A stretch of DNA of 64,000 bases. Source: a virus. A program made the translations under genes and the position numbers. Below, piece by piece: positions 22,708 through 33,527 of the stretch. The notes below the pieces were generated by a model. The model was not told the origin of the DNA. It saw only the letters and a program-made list of their open reading frames with translations, and did no database searches. The stretch spans positions 96,001 to 160,000 of the IMG/VR virus record IMGVR_UViG_3300017963_000003; one strand, given 5' to 3'. Numbering within the stretch: the stretch's first letter is position 1; each line of letters begins with the position of its first letter.

Positions 22708-25700
22708 CGACTACTTCCTTGGATCTGAGCAGATGCTCTCAGTCGACATGTAACCACCCCTCTGAGAGCGCCGGTTCATCTCCAACGACAGATACACAAC
22801 TAGCGCAGCCATTCCTTCACAGCGAAGCTTTTCAGCCTTCGTGCGCGGCTTGGTCGGGTGAATGCACTCGCCCACGTAATACATGTGTGCATCCGACTCA
22901 GCGATGTAGTAGCCGATCTCCTTGCAGTCGCTCTTCGAGTACTCCCCGTCGCCCTTGGCCGACAGGCAGAGCACGGCCAGTATCAGTAAGAAACACACTC
23001 GCACGTCAGCCCTCCTGTTCCTTCCCTCGGAGTAGGGAGATGAGCGTACAGGAGAGGCAGCCAGAGCCGTCCTTTCTGTCGATGCAGCCGATCTCCTTGT
23101 ACAGCTCCGAAAAGACCTTGCGGGATTCCTCCAGTCGACCCTCCAGCTCTTCGAGGCGACACCACGGGCAGTTCTCTTTCGGGACGTAGCCTACCCCGTC
23201 ACATCCGGGACGAATGACCTCGGTAAAACCATGTTTGGGGCACCGAATCGCAACCGACAGCACAAAGTCTCTCTTGCAGTCGGTCATGTCGGCATCCTTG
23301 TCAGCAATTCGCAGCTTTTCTGCCACGCCCAGTGCTTCTCAAGATCTCCAGGCTTGTTCTTACGGATGTACCCAGCGCCAGCGAGTCCCGTAGGGACACC
23401 TGGGAGGCGAAACTGCTCTTGTCGGCAGTTACCCACCGCAGTTCTTGCCATCATGAACGAACCCGCTAGCGAGTCTTCGTACATCGCCTCTTCGGCTTCG
23501 AAATCATGCTCCCACTGGTCATCGTCTTCACAGGTGTAATCGAATGGATCTTTGGTACGCACTGGTTTCCCGATGACACCGATTTTTACCAACGTATCTG
23601 CCGCCGCGCAGTCATGGCAGCACGGGTTGCCTTCTAGGTCGAGCGGAGCATCGGCTCCCTCTGGCAGCGGCATGATGGCTTCCTTGCGGATCGCCCCATT
23701 CATGTGCGCGTTGATACAGCGCGGACACGGATCTTGCATCACTTCTCCCTCCACTCCAGCATCGGTCTGGTCGATTCGACGCGTACCCCACACCGCAAGC
23801 GGTGTCCCTGGGACGACCCTCCCTACGCGTCATATCCAGTCCTCCTCGTACAAACCCACATAACAGCCTGACCTATATAGCACAGGGGCACACCGGGTGT
23901 CAAGAAGAGGGTCGAAAAGTCACCTCTGCGGGTGACTACGCCCCTCGAAGTAGCAGTCCGAAGCGTCGTCGGGGTCCAGGCCAGCGACCAAGGCCAAGTC
24001 ATTGGCATCAAGGACGCCCTTCGCGGCCAAGACCTCACAGAGCTTAGAAAACGCCGACGCGATCAGATCAACGCTCGGAGCCGTCAGTGTAGGGTAGTGG
24101 CTATTTGAATTCTGATACACGTACACCGAGGACTGGATGAACTCCTTGACGGGTTTGACCAACTCCCCCTCAACGGGGTCGGGGTATACGATTCTGGTGC
24201 TGTCGGTCATGTCACTTCTCCATGGATTCGAGTTCTTTCCTGAAGCTCGGTAGTCGCGCGATCATGAGACGGCAGCTGTTTGCCTTATCCGTGGGCCACA
24301 GCTTTTTCCACAAGCGGAAATACCAAGAGACCTCGCGAAACAGGAAGACCGGACGTGCGTCAGTCAGCTCGTCGAACATCTCGTCACCCAGGTAGCCCTC
24401 CTTCCAGAGCCACGCTATCATCTTCATCCCCGCATCTGTGGCAAGATCCTCGATGTCGTGCTCTGTGTACGAGTATATATGCATCTCAGTGTTTCTCCTT
24501 TCCGAAGCAGTCGTAGCAGGCATACCCTTCGCACGCCTCTTTCGTGTGAGGGGTGACGTGAGCTGGATGCCAGCCCCTGCGCATCTCTGCTATCTCGGAC
24601 TCACAGGTCATCAACGACTCGTAGACGTAGTCGCAGCGCCGCATCTCCTTGTCAGCCTGCTCCTGCCAATCAACGAGCGTGTCCCAGCAAACGATCTCAC
24701 GAGACTCTTCGACGTACCGTTCGATGTCCTCCTGGCACTCGACCCACGCATGCTTCCAGTACATCACACGCTCGGTCTCGGGCTCGAACTCGGAGAACGA
24801 ACTACACTCCTCGAACAGGTCCTTGTACTGCTTGACCTCGTGCTTCCACTGGAACCAGTTGAACGCCCACATACCAAGAAGCACCGTGTACGCGACGATC
24901 AAGATGTTCCACCGTCTTCGGTAATAATCATTCACGGACTACCACCACCTTTCCGAGAGCACGATTGCGCCCATGATCAGACCCACGAACCAACCATACC
25001 CGGACTCGCCCTGAGAAGAATCCACAGCATCTGTACGACCGGGTTCTCGAAGCCGCTAGTCACTTGAAACCACCAGACAGATGCGCCGAACAAAGCAACT
25101 ATCGCCAGGACGTACAGCAATTTGCAGACGATCTCGACCACCAGTTTCTGTACCGAAGTCACCTAGCCCTCCTCGACCTCAGAAAGTACATCGCAACGGC
25201 AACCCGCGTTCTTCCCAGTCTTCTGCATGTCCACTTGGCGTGTTGCTATCGAGTCGATGAAGTCCTTGTCCCACAGAACATCGATCTCCCGTTTCGAGAC
25301 CTTCTTAGCCTCTTCAACCGTGAAGACATGAGCGTCTTCGAGATGAGTCGTATAGCCTGCGTAGTCCTTGGCCCACCACAGAATGCAGTTGCCGACAGGC
25401 CCACGGTTCTGCATGTAGTAGAGCTTCTCCTCCCCCGAAGATCTCCCACACTGTACGTCAGGGTACTCCCACGGAAGAGGCTCGACACCGCGTAGGCGCT
25501 GTAAGGTTTCGTAGCGGTCGTTCTCTGCATCTCCGACAAAGGTGTCGTGCCACCCGTAGTCGTAGTGCCGGCACTGGAAGTGCATGCACCTTCCGTCCTC
25601 TACGAGATCTCCATGCTCGGCCGGCATGTCGCACCAGTCGCAGGTAGGTGGATTCTCCGCCAGGAACGCCTTGCACGCCTTCTCGCACTCCTCGGCCTCT

Positions 25701-28700
25701 TCGTAGGTCGAGTGCTCCGTGTAGCAGTACTCGCAGCTCCAAGGTATGTCGTCTATCCTAGTCGGCATCCCATCCTCCCTCTTTCTCCAGCTCCCCCAGG
25801 GAACCGAGAATCTCCCGCAGGCTGTCATACGAAGTACGACTGTCGCACCCCCGCTGCTTCTCTGTCCACTCCCGCACTTCGCGCAGTTTAGCTTCGGCAA
25901 CTTCGGCACGGGCCGTTTAATTTAGTCGGGGTGCTGCGTCGGGTTGGAGAGTCGTCCTAAACAGGTTATGACGCAGCACCCCATGTTTCAGTCCTTCCTC
26001 TTCGCACCCTCGATGATCATGAGTGCGTACGCGACAGCCCGACGGTACTCGATCTCTCCCTGTTCCCCGAGAGCCACAGAGCGTGAGCATTCCAGCAACC
26101 GACCCTCAATCCTGTCGACGACCTTCTTCCACTTTGCCCTATCGTGCCAGCGTGTCGCAACCTTGAGCCGAGAGGACTTGTCCAGAAGGTCACGCCCGGC
26201 GTCAAGAGCTTCTGCGGCCGACTTGAGCACCTCTCGCGCCGCCAGTTCCACGTCTTCGTCGTAGAAACTCACTTCAGCCATTATCTCTCCGCTGGTACTC
26301 ACCGCACCATTCGTCATCTTTGACGGGAGGCCAACCTGAGACGACATGCTTGGACGTGATGAATGATGGCCTGAAGGACTTCCGGAATTCATCTTTGGTC
26401 GCGCCGTACACTGGCCACGTCATGCGCGGCGACTTCTTATGGCACTCGTTGTTGCGGCAGAAGCGGCAGTTCTTGCAGCTTTCTTTATCGACTTTTCTTT
26501 TGGTCATCGTCTTCCTCCTCGGGCGCGTGAGTGGGGGCGGTGTTGAGTTGCTCGCGAATCTGCTGGGCACACTCGCGGGGCGACCACTCTCGGCACCGTG
26601 GCCTCTCACACAACCTGGCGGCTTCCTCTAGAGCGTCGGACCTCGCCGCCGCCAACGTCGCCCGCGCCTCGTCCCGCTCGCGCTCCAACTCTGCGATCTG
26701 CTCGTCTACGCAATCTCCGCAACGGCAACGCGGGCCTGCTAATGCGCCGTGCCTCATGCAGGTGTACTCCATCTCAGTCCTCCTCGACAATGACCGTATA
26801 GCCGCTGCGGGACTCGGTACCAATGCGGTCTGGGCGCACCCAAGTCTTAGAGGTCCCCCAGTTGACCCGTACACGACCGAGGTGTTCAACATCAGAACCC
26901 TTTTCGATCACCGCCCCCTTCCGGTAGCTACACCGGGGATCGTTGTCCTGGATGACCATACCGATCTTGACATCTTCGAACTTCATTCACGCGCTCCTTA
27001 CTCTACGTAGCATAGTCCCCCACCCATCCCGCCAGTACACAGCAAGCCCACTACACCGACGAATATCAGCGTCCCGGACACGCCTCCCCACCAGTAGGTG
27101 AAGATTTGGTCCTGTCTGCGCGCTGGGTGGATGAACGCAAAGGGGATGAGGCAGAACGGGAGCGCAGCGGCACCCAAGTAGCCGAGTATGAACGACCACC
27201 CGAACAAGGTACGTAGCAGTTCCACGGCCCCTACTCCCCCTTCAGCGACTGGTCGTCCTCAGTCCCGAGGATGACATCCAGATCGTCCCAGACAATCGCC
27301 TGGAGCGGCCCCCTGTTCAGCTCCGCCCACTTCCTCACCTCGGATAGCCTTGAGCGCACCTCGGTCACCTCGCGCTCGGCTGCGGAAAGCTTGTCCCGCG
27401 TTTCGCCATGCCACTTGACCTCATAGCCGTGGTCGCGCTTCCACCCGTCCCGCTCGCGCAGCGCGTCTCTATACCATGGTGACTTTTTGACGCACTCCTC
27501 GCATACGTAGTCGTTGTGCTTCCCAAACAGCTTGCTGTCGTCGTGCGGATATGTTTTGCAGATCGCGCAGTATTTATCGCTCATCGTCTTGCTCCTCGGG
27601 CGCGGGGGTGGTGAGGATGCAGCCTAATTCTAACCAATCTTGTTGTGTCAAGCCCCCGTAAACCAGTGGGCTGCGTTTCTTCTTCCACTCCCTCACCGCC
27701 TCCAGCTTCGCCTCTGCTCTCTCGGTGCGCGCGCGGAGTCGTACATTTTCGTCAAACATCCTGGTGTAGTCGTCCTCCCAGCACTCGCACGAATAGGCCA
27801 GGTCATCGCATGCTTCCCGTGCCTCGTCTCGCTCGCGCTCGGCTTTTAAGGCACGTTCGCGCATAGTGTCCAACGCATCTTCTTTTGTCACATGGTATGA
27901 CATCTCAGTCCTCCTCGGGCACGTCGAGCGCAAGAAATGCAACTGCCCAATCTCCCGGTCCCGCTCCTCGATCACGCGCGCATCAGCAGCCCTCACTGCT
28001 GCCACGGCATCGGCCAGAGACAGGTGCTCGTGATCGCGCCCGATACTCTCGGAGTATACGCGAGCTATCTCCCGGTCCCGCTCCTCTACGGCAGCGAGGG
28101 CGCGGAGTATGTCTTCATTCGTCCACTCGCAACAATCGTCTGGCTCCTCTGTAGCGTACTGCCGGTACTCTACGATCTCCTCCGCCGTCAGCGGCTTGTA
28201 TTCAGTCATCGCGCATCCCCACACTTCCGCATCTCCCGATGCCCCTGCACCCACTCCTGGAGAGTCTTCTCACGGTACTTGCCGTGGTACTGTGCAAACC
28301 ACAGCGCCACCTCTTCTAGAGTGACACGACGTTCGACCTCGGGACCGAGACGAAGCAGCTCTCCCTCAATGGACTCGATGACATCTGCGGGAGCGTTTTC
28401 CGTCATCCACATCAGCGCGTTGCTTAGATCCATCTCGGTTCTCCTCGTCTACGGCGACAATCACCCCCACCCACTCATTGGGGTAGTTGAAACGCAGATC
28501 ACGAACGTTTCCAATGAGCACTCCGTCAACTGACGCGCTGCCGTCGTCCTTCCCTGAAAAAGAAATCCCCACCTTGAGTGGACCGTGACTGCGAAAGTCG
28601 TCCCTACTGTGATAGGTGTGACGGTTGGCGTAGGTCACGACAGGCAGCTCGGGGTCCACCTGCCTGAGCACCTCAATCAGTTCCTTGACCTTCATCTCAG

Positions 28701-29273
28701 CCCTCCTCGCTCGTGGCCAGTGCGTAGACCATCTCGGGCACGGTACACTTCTCCTCCGAAGGCCAAGGCCACTCGGCCTTCTTGAAGCACTCGGGACAGA
28801 TACGATGGCCAGACTGAACACCGTCGGCGGCCTTCGCCATGCGACCACACCTCGAACAAACCCAAAGAGGTCCTCCGAGCAACTTCGACAATCGCTCCAG
28901 GGTATCTTGGTTCAGAACGCTGAAGCGGCTCTCGTGTTCGAGTATATTCTGACGCTCTGTGAGGCCCTGCACCATCCGTTCCAGCGCCCGCCTCTCCTGT
29001 GAGGCCTGCTGGTGCATATCTCGGAGAGTCAGGCAGCGGGCCTGGAGATTGGCAACACTCAGCTTCAAGCCCTCGCGGTCTTTGATCGTCGCGCGCAGCG
29101 CCGCCGACATTGCATCGATCTCATCGAGGATCTCAGCCTTGGTCCGTCTGTCCTTCGCATCACCCATCTCAGTCCTCCTTCTTCATCCGCAGCAGATCCG
29201 TACCGCCACCGGAAAACCGAACATTGCCCATCGTTTCGATCCTCCGTACCAGATCACGTACGACCCTCTATGC

Positions 29274-29301
29274 TATATCATAGGTCCAAGGTTCCTGTCA
29301 A
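29274..29301 (-). promoter_or_regulatory. Sigma70-like promoter downstream of the CRISPR array
   Basis: Minus strand TTGACA-N-TGATATAGC; the same design recurs at about 10.56, 17.29, 20.83, 23.89, 47.12 and 63.44 kb. Confidence 0.65.
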
Positions 29302-29339
29302 GCAGAAATCTTCTCACTGTCACAGACCATTCCACTACC

Positions 29340-30590
29340 GTCGAGACTTCTAAACCGTCTCACAGACATCGAGGGGATCGGCCAGTCGAGACTTCTAAAC
29401 CGTCTCGCAGGTATTGTAAGCTGAGGCGATGAACCGTATTGCCAACACGGCCCGACAGTCGAGACTTCTAAACCGTCTCGCAGGTATTGGAAGCCCGCGA
29501 GAGTGAGCGCGTCTCCAGATGAGGCCAAGACGTCGAGACTTCTAAACCGTCTCGCAGGTATTGGAAGGGCCTCATGGTAGAGGATGTTGTCGGCGCGGTT
29601 GGGGGTCGAGACTTCTAAACCGTCTCGCAGGTATTGTAAGAAGAGCAACGGGCGAAGTGAGGGTACCAAGCACTTTGCGTCGAGACTTCTAAACCGTCTC
29701 GCAGGTATTGGAAGGGCGATCCCGAAAAAGATCGCGGCTTGGCCTCTCAGTCGAGACTTCTAAACCGTCTCGCAGGTATTGTAAGAACTGCGTGTTCGGG
29801 CTCCAGCTCAACCCGGCCTCTCAGTCGAGACTTCTAAACCGTCTCGCAGGTATTGTAAGCTCCGCGCGACGGAAGGGTAACGTCTACATCACCACGTCGA
29901 GACTTCTAAACCGTCTCGCAGGTATTGTAAGAGTGGACTGGCAACCACTCCAACGGAGAGTGGCGTCCGTCGAGACCTCTAAACCGTCTCGCAGGTATTG
30001 TAAACAAGGGACGGTGCGCGCCCTGGGCCAGGCCTCCGGGATGTCGAGACTTCTAAACCGTCTCGCAGGTATTGGAGGACCCCAACCGGGGAAAGCACAG
30101 TAGAAAAGGAATGTCGAGACTTCTAAACCGTCTCGCAGGTATTGTAAGTCGGGTACCAGCCGAGAAGGTGTGTACCTCTACCATCGTCGAGACCTCTAAA
30201 CCGTCTCGCAGGTATTGGAAGGGTCGGGTTGCGCGGTGGTCGGGATTCGACACCTCGGGTCGAGACTTCTAAACCGTCTCGCAGGTATTGGAAGCTGGTG
30301 ACGCAGGTCCGGGATGGGGCGTTCTGCAAGCTGTCGAGACTTCTAAACCGTCTCGCAGGTATTGGAAAAAGAGCAACGGGCGAAGTGAGGGTACCAAGCA
30401 CTTTGCGTCGAGACTTCTAAACCGTCTCGCAGGTATTGGAAGACGGAATGCGGCGTGAAGCTGGTGGAGCATCCGGGTGTCGAGACTTCTAAACCGTCTC
30501 GCAGGTATTGTAAGCAGGATTTCTCGGTCGAGCGTGCTGAGGTTGGCCATCTTCGTCGAGACTTCTAAACCGTCTCGCAGGTATTGTAAG
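29340..30590 (-). CRISPR. CRISPR array: 17 complete 36-nt repeats plus one degenerate trailer repeat; 16 spacers of 34-40 nt plus a truncated terminal spacer
   Basis: Plus-strand consensus GTCGAGACTTCTAAACCGTCTCGCAGGTATTG(T/G)AAG starting at 29385, 29458, 29532, 29605, 29679, 29750, 29824, 29896, 29969, 30043, 30113, 30186, 30259, 30333, 30407, 30479, 30555; degenerate copy at 29340. Transcribed form CTT(A/C)CAATACCTGCGAGACGGTTTAGAAGTCTCGAC has a CGAGAC/GTCTCG hairpin and a 3-prime GAC. Orientation is inferred from the trailer decay and cas gene position. Confidence 0.97.
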
Positions 30591-30756
30591 GGCGCTTCGC
30601 CAGATCACAACAATTTCAGCAAGTTTGCTCTATGATTTCGAGCGGTCCACCACGACTGCCGTCGCGCCCAGAATTTCTTCAATGGTTTCGAGCACCAGGC
30701 CTCACCACGACCACAGCGCTCGCCAAATTGTCAAAGAACCAACCGACCCGAACCGC
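30591..30756 (-). promoter_or_regulatory. CRISPR leader with boxA-like site
   Basis: Minus-strand GTTCTTTGACA at 30729-30739; direct repeats ATG(A/G)TTTCGAGC at 30632 and 30682. Confidence 0.65.
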
Positions 30757-32685
30757 TCACACCGAGGGCTGCGCAGCCTCCTGGGACTTACGCTGCTGAA
30801 CGATCTTCTTCCCCTTCTTGCGCCCTTTCTGACGTCTCGACATCTTCGGCTCGACAGGCACGCTCCCGTCGATCATCTTGAGGGTCTCGTCGTTCCTGTA
30901 CAGACGCATGATGTTCCGTGCGGCATTCGCATCCTGGTCCCACTTCGCACCGCACTCCACGCAGACATGATCGACCTCAGGAATAGCATCCCAGGGCTCC
31001 AGGCAACCGCACTCGAAGCACCGCTGGGTGGTCATGCGGGCATCGACCCAAACCACGGTCCCTCCGCGCGCGAGGAACGCCTGGACGAACATCATCCGCA
31101 GCTCGTAGCATGCGGCCTCTTTCTGCTGGTTGCGCGCGGCCTGGATCTCCACCTTCTCGCTCTCAGGGGGCTCGTGCTTCTGCGTCTCGGTGAGCTTGAA
31201 ATCCTCGATCACCAGCACCTTGTACTTCCGGGCCAGCTTGGCCGCCACCCTCCGGTAGTGGTCCTTACGGCGCCTGAGAGACTTCTGCTCCTGGCTCTCC
31301 TTCCACTGCCATAGGTGTCGGTCGCCTCCGTCCCTGCGGCCCAGGGACTCCTCGTAGGTCCCACTCAGCCAGTCCTTCAGGATCTGGAAGCCCTCTCCGT
31401 CTCCATCCCATCTCTTCTCCCCCCACTTGCGGAGGAGCCCAGCGTAGCGCTTCGGTGACTTCCACGAATGCAGGTATCGCACATCCTCACGGAACCACTC
31501 GGGCAGATTCTTCTTGTTCGACTTGATCCACCCCTTGAGACTCTTCTGCATCTCGTTCTGGTTCAAGGCCCGGATCGACTGAAGACTCTCCACCTTGTCG
31601 AACCCCCGGACCACCTCGGGCTCCATGAGCAGCTCGTCTCCGCGACCCAGCGGGTCCTGGCGGTCTCTCAAGTACGCCGCGTACTCATCCCCGTCCACCA
31701 GGTACGCCACCCTGATCTGATCCTCTCCGCGCTTTCTCCAACCGATGTCGACAGCCACTGCCCCACGTCCACTCCCGAACTCCTCGTGCTGGTACTCAGC
31801 AGGGAGGCCCAGGCTGAAGTGCACCGTCCACCGAGGACGATCAGAGATCATACGCCGCTTCACGACGGCCCACTTGATCCGCACCCCCTGGGGCAGCGGA
31901 CGGTGCATGATGATAGGGAACTCCGCCCAAACAGGACCTCTGCTCTTCGTACTCCCCACTCGGAGCCGCATCACCCCACGACGCTTCTTGCGCCGCGTCT
32001 TCGACACCACCCCCTCGGGTGGCGGCTCCATGTCTACCTGGAGGAACGTATCCTCCCCTGAGAAGATCTTCTCCACGGGGTGCTTGTCCCCTTGAAGCTG
32101 TACGGCAACCGTACCGTCACCCCTCCACTGGAGAAACTTCGGGTCGAGAGGTTGTCCGTGCTCGTCCCACATCTTCAGATCTCTCCGCGAATCCTCCATC
32201 GCGTTGTCCACCTGAAGGTAGGTTCCCCAGAACAAACCCTCCCGGCTGAACCCCTGCTGGGCCGCCTGGGACTTTTCCGAAGCTGTCAGGTTCGCCTCGC
32301 TCAACCTCTTCTGCAACTCCTCGTCGAGCTTCAACTCCTTCCGAGCCTCGCTCAACCTCTTCGCCACCTCCTGGGCCGCCTTGCGCGCTTCCTTGACGCG
32401 GGCTCGCTGCTCGGCCGTGTCTGAACGCGATCTCGTCTTCGCCCTCTGACGTTTGAGGTCCTCTGTGGCGCGCTTCAACTCGCTCTTCGCCACCTTGTCC
32501 TCTTCGACCAACCCCTCCAAGGCCAGATCACGTTCATCGTAGACCTCTCTTACCTTTTCTCTCCGCTCACGCTCGATCTCGATGAGCGCGTTCCGGTACT
32601 TATGCGCCAACCTCATCTGCTCCTCCACGAGATCAGCATTGACCGTCGGTCCCAGCGGCAACCCGTACACATACGTCTTCGTCAT
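30757..32685 (-). CDS. cas12m: Type V CRISPR effector, Cas12m (V-M/V-U1)-like, 642 aa
   Basis: Motifs I recall from MmCas12m: QMRLAHKYRNAL, long coiled coil, GLFWGTY...DGTVAVQLQ, SWKSPKRYAGL. RuvC-I AVAVDIGWR, RuvC-II VLVIEDF, Zn finger CFECG/CVECG, RuvC-III WDQDANAARNI. Directly upstream of the array. Confidence 0.85.
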   Translation of the reverse strand: MTKTYVYGLPLGPTVNADLVEEQMRLAHKYRNALIEIERERREKVREVYDERDLALEGLVEEDKVAKSELKRATEDLKRQRAKTRSRSDTAEQRARVKEARKAAQEVAKRLSEARKELKLDEELQKRLSEANLTASEKSQAAQQGFSREGLFWGTYLQVDNAMEDSRRDLKMWDEHGQPLDPKFLQWRGDGTVAVQLQGDKHPVEKIFSGEDTFLQVDMEPPPEGVVSKTRRKKRRGVMRLRVGSTKSRGPVWAEFPIIMHRPLPQGVRIKWAVVKRRMISDRPRWTVHFSLGLPAEYQHEEFGSGRGAVAVDIGWRKRGEDQIRVAYLVDGDEYAAYLRDRQDPLGRGDELLMEPEVVRGFDKVESLQSIRALNQNEMQKSLKGWIKSNKKNLPEWFREDVRYLHSWKSPKRYAGLLRKWGEKRWDGDGEGFQILKDWLSGTYEESLGRRDGGDRHLWQWKESQEQKSLRRRKDHYRRVAAKLARKYKVLVIEDFKLTETQKHEPPESEKVEIQAARNQQKEAACYELRMMFVQAFLARGGTVVWVDARMTTQRCFECGCLEPWDAIPEVDHVCVECGAKWDQDANAARNIMRLYRNDETLKMIDGSVPVEPKMSRRQKGRKKGKKIVQQRKSQEAAQPSV

Positions 32686-32728
32686 CTCTTGCCCTCCTCG
32701 GCGTACCAGCCCTCATACCAACCTAGCC

Positions 32729-32758
32729 TATATAGCACAGAGACACGGCCGCTGTCAA
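32729..32758 (-). promoter_or_regulatory. Promoter of the cas12m-array unit
   Basis: Minus strand TTGACA-18nt-TATATA with an extended TG. Confidence 0.7.
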
Positions 32759-32987
32759 CCCTCAAGCCCATCTGGGTCTTCGTCAGAGGTTGGCGCAACC
32801 CTACCTGGGTTACCTTGGGTTGGGGTACCACTTGGCGCGGAGCGCCTACCTTGTGGTGAACCCCTGGTAGACCAGTCGCCGCAGGCGACGATCCTTACAA
32901 CAACCCTACCTCGGTACCTCAACCCCTCCGTAGATGTTCTCGAACCTCGTACACTTCAACCTACCTTGCCGCCGCCCCTTGCGACCT

Positions 32988-33053
32988 CCATCAAGTACCC
33001 ATCAAGTACCCATCAAGTACCCATCAAGTACCCATCAAGTACCCATCAAGTAC
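32988..33053. repeat. Six perfect tandem copies of CCATCAAGTAC (11 bp)
   Basis: Units counted at 32988, 32999, 33010, 33021, 33032, 33043. Confidence 0.95.
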
Positions 33054-33184
33054 CAACCCTCCGTCAACCCTCGGCCTACCAGGTGCGAGCTACCCCACCT
33101 CGTGCACAGTTGTCCAGTACCGGTCTACCTTGGGCTACCTTGGCCGTCTATACGTGAGGGTACGACGTTGGCCCAATGTGGTCG

Positions 33185-33300
33185 AAAATGGGACCCAAAA
33201 AATTTCCCAAAATTTTTCCCAATATTTTCAGGCACTTAGCCAGTATATATTGGCTATAAATGGAATTTTTTGGGAGAATTTTTGGGGTATGGTGGGTGGG
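33185..33300. other. AT-rich tract with imperfect dyad symmetry
   Basis: CCCAAAAAATTTCCC...GGGAGAATTTTTGGG around the near-palindrome GCCAGTATATATTGGC, in a GC-rich background. Confidence 0.7.
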
Positions 33301-33459
33301 GTGAAGCCCGCGATCTCTTTCGCGATCCGTTGCAGATCGTACCCCCACCCCCGGCGATAATCACTTAATCCCCGCCAAGTATTGGGAATCATTGGCTAAT
33401 CTCCCGGTCCCAGCCGGACCTGCCCAGGGATTAGGCGATCCCATCGGCAACAGTAGGGC

Positions 33460-33527
33460 TTGACAAATCGTCAAGGCCTACCCTGTACCCCAGGGGTACA
33501 AGCGGGATCGGGTTGACGATTTGTCAA
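33460..33527. repeat. Nested palindrome: two TTGAC-N5-GTCAA sites in inverted orientation flanking TGTACCCC-A-GGGGTACA
   Basis: TTGACAAATCGTCAA 33460-33474; perfect palindrome 33484-33500; TTGACGATTTGTCAA 33513-33527. Confidence 0.85.

Larger units (their letters stand above)
12356..29167 (-). other. Dense run of about 45 short, mostly hypothetical, co-oriented phage accessory genes
   Basis: Tightly abutting 60-260 aa minus-strand ORFs with strong RBS and many CxxC motifs; promoters at about 17.3, 20.8, 23.9 and 29.3 kb. Confidence 0.8.

Noticed and set aside
29298-30550. ORFs with repeated SRLLNRLAGI / VETSKPSRRY / FQYLRDGLEVS peptides
   Set aside because: Translations of CRISPR repeats.
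30757-32685. IS200/IS605 TnpB interpretation
   Set aside because: Larger than typical TnpB, has Cas12m-type N-terminal motifs, abuts a CRISPR leader and array, and no tnpA or IS ends are visible.
30591-32960. tracrRNA or anti-repeat
   Set aside because: No extended complement to the repeat found by eye in the leader or upstream of the effector. A computational anti-repeat scan would be needed to exclude it fully.
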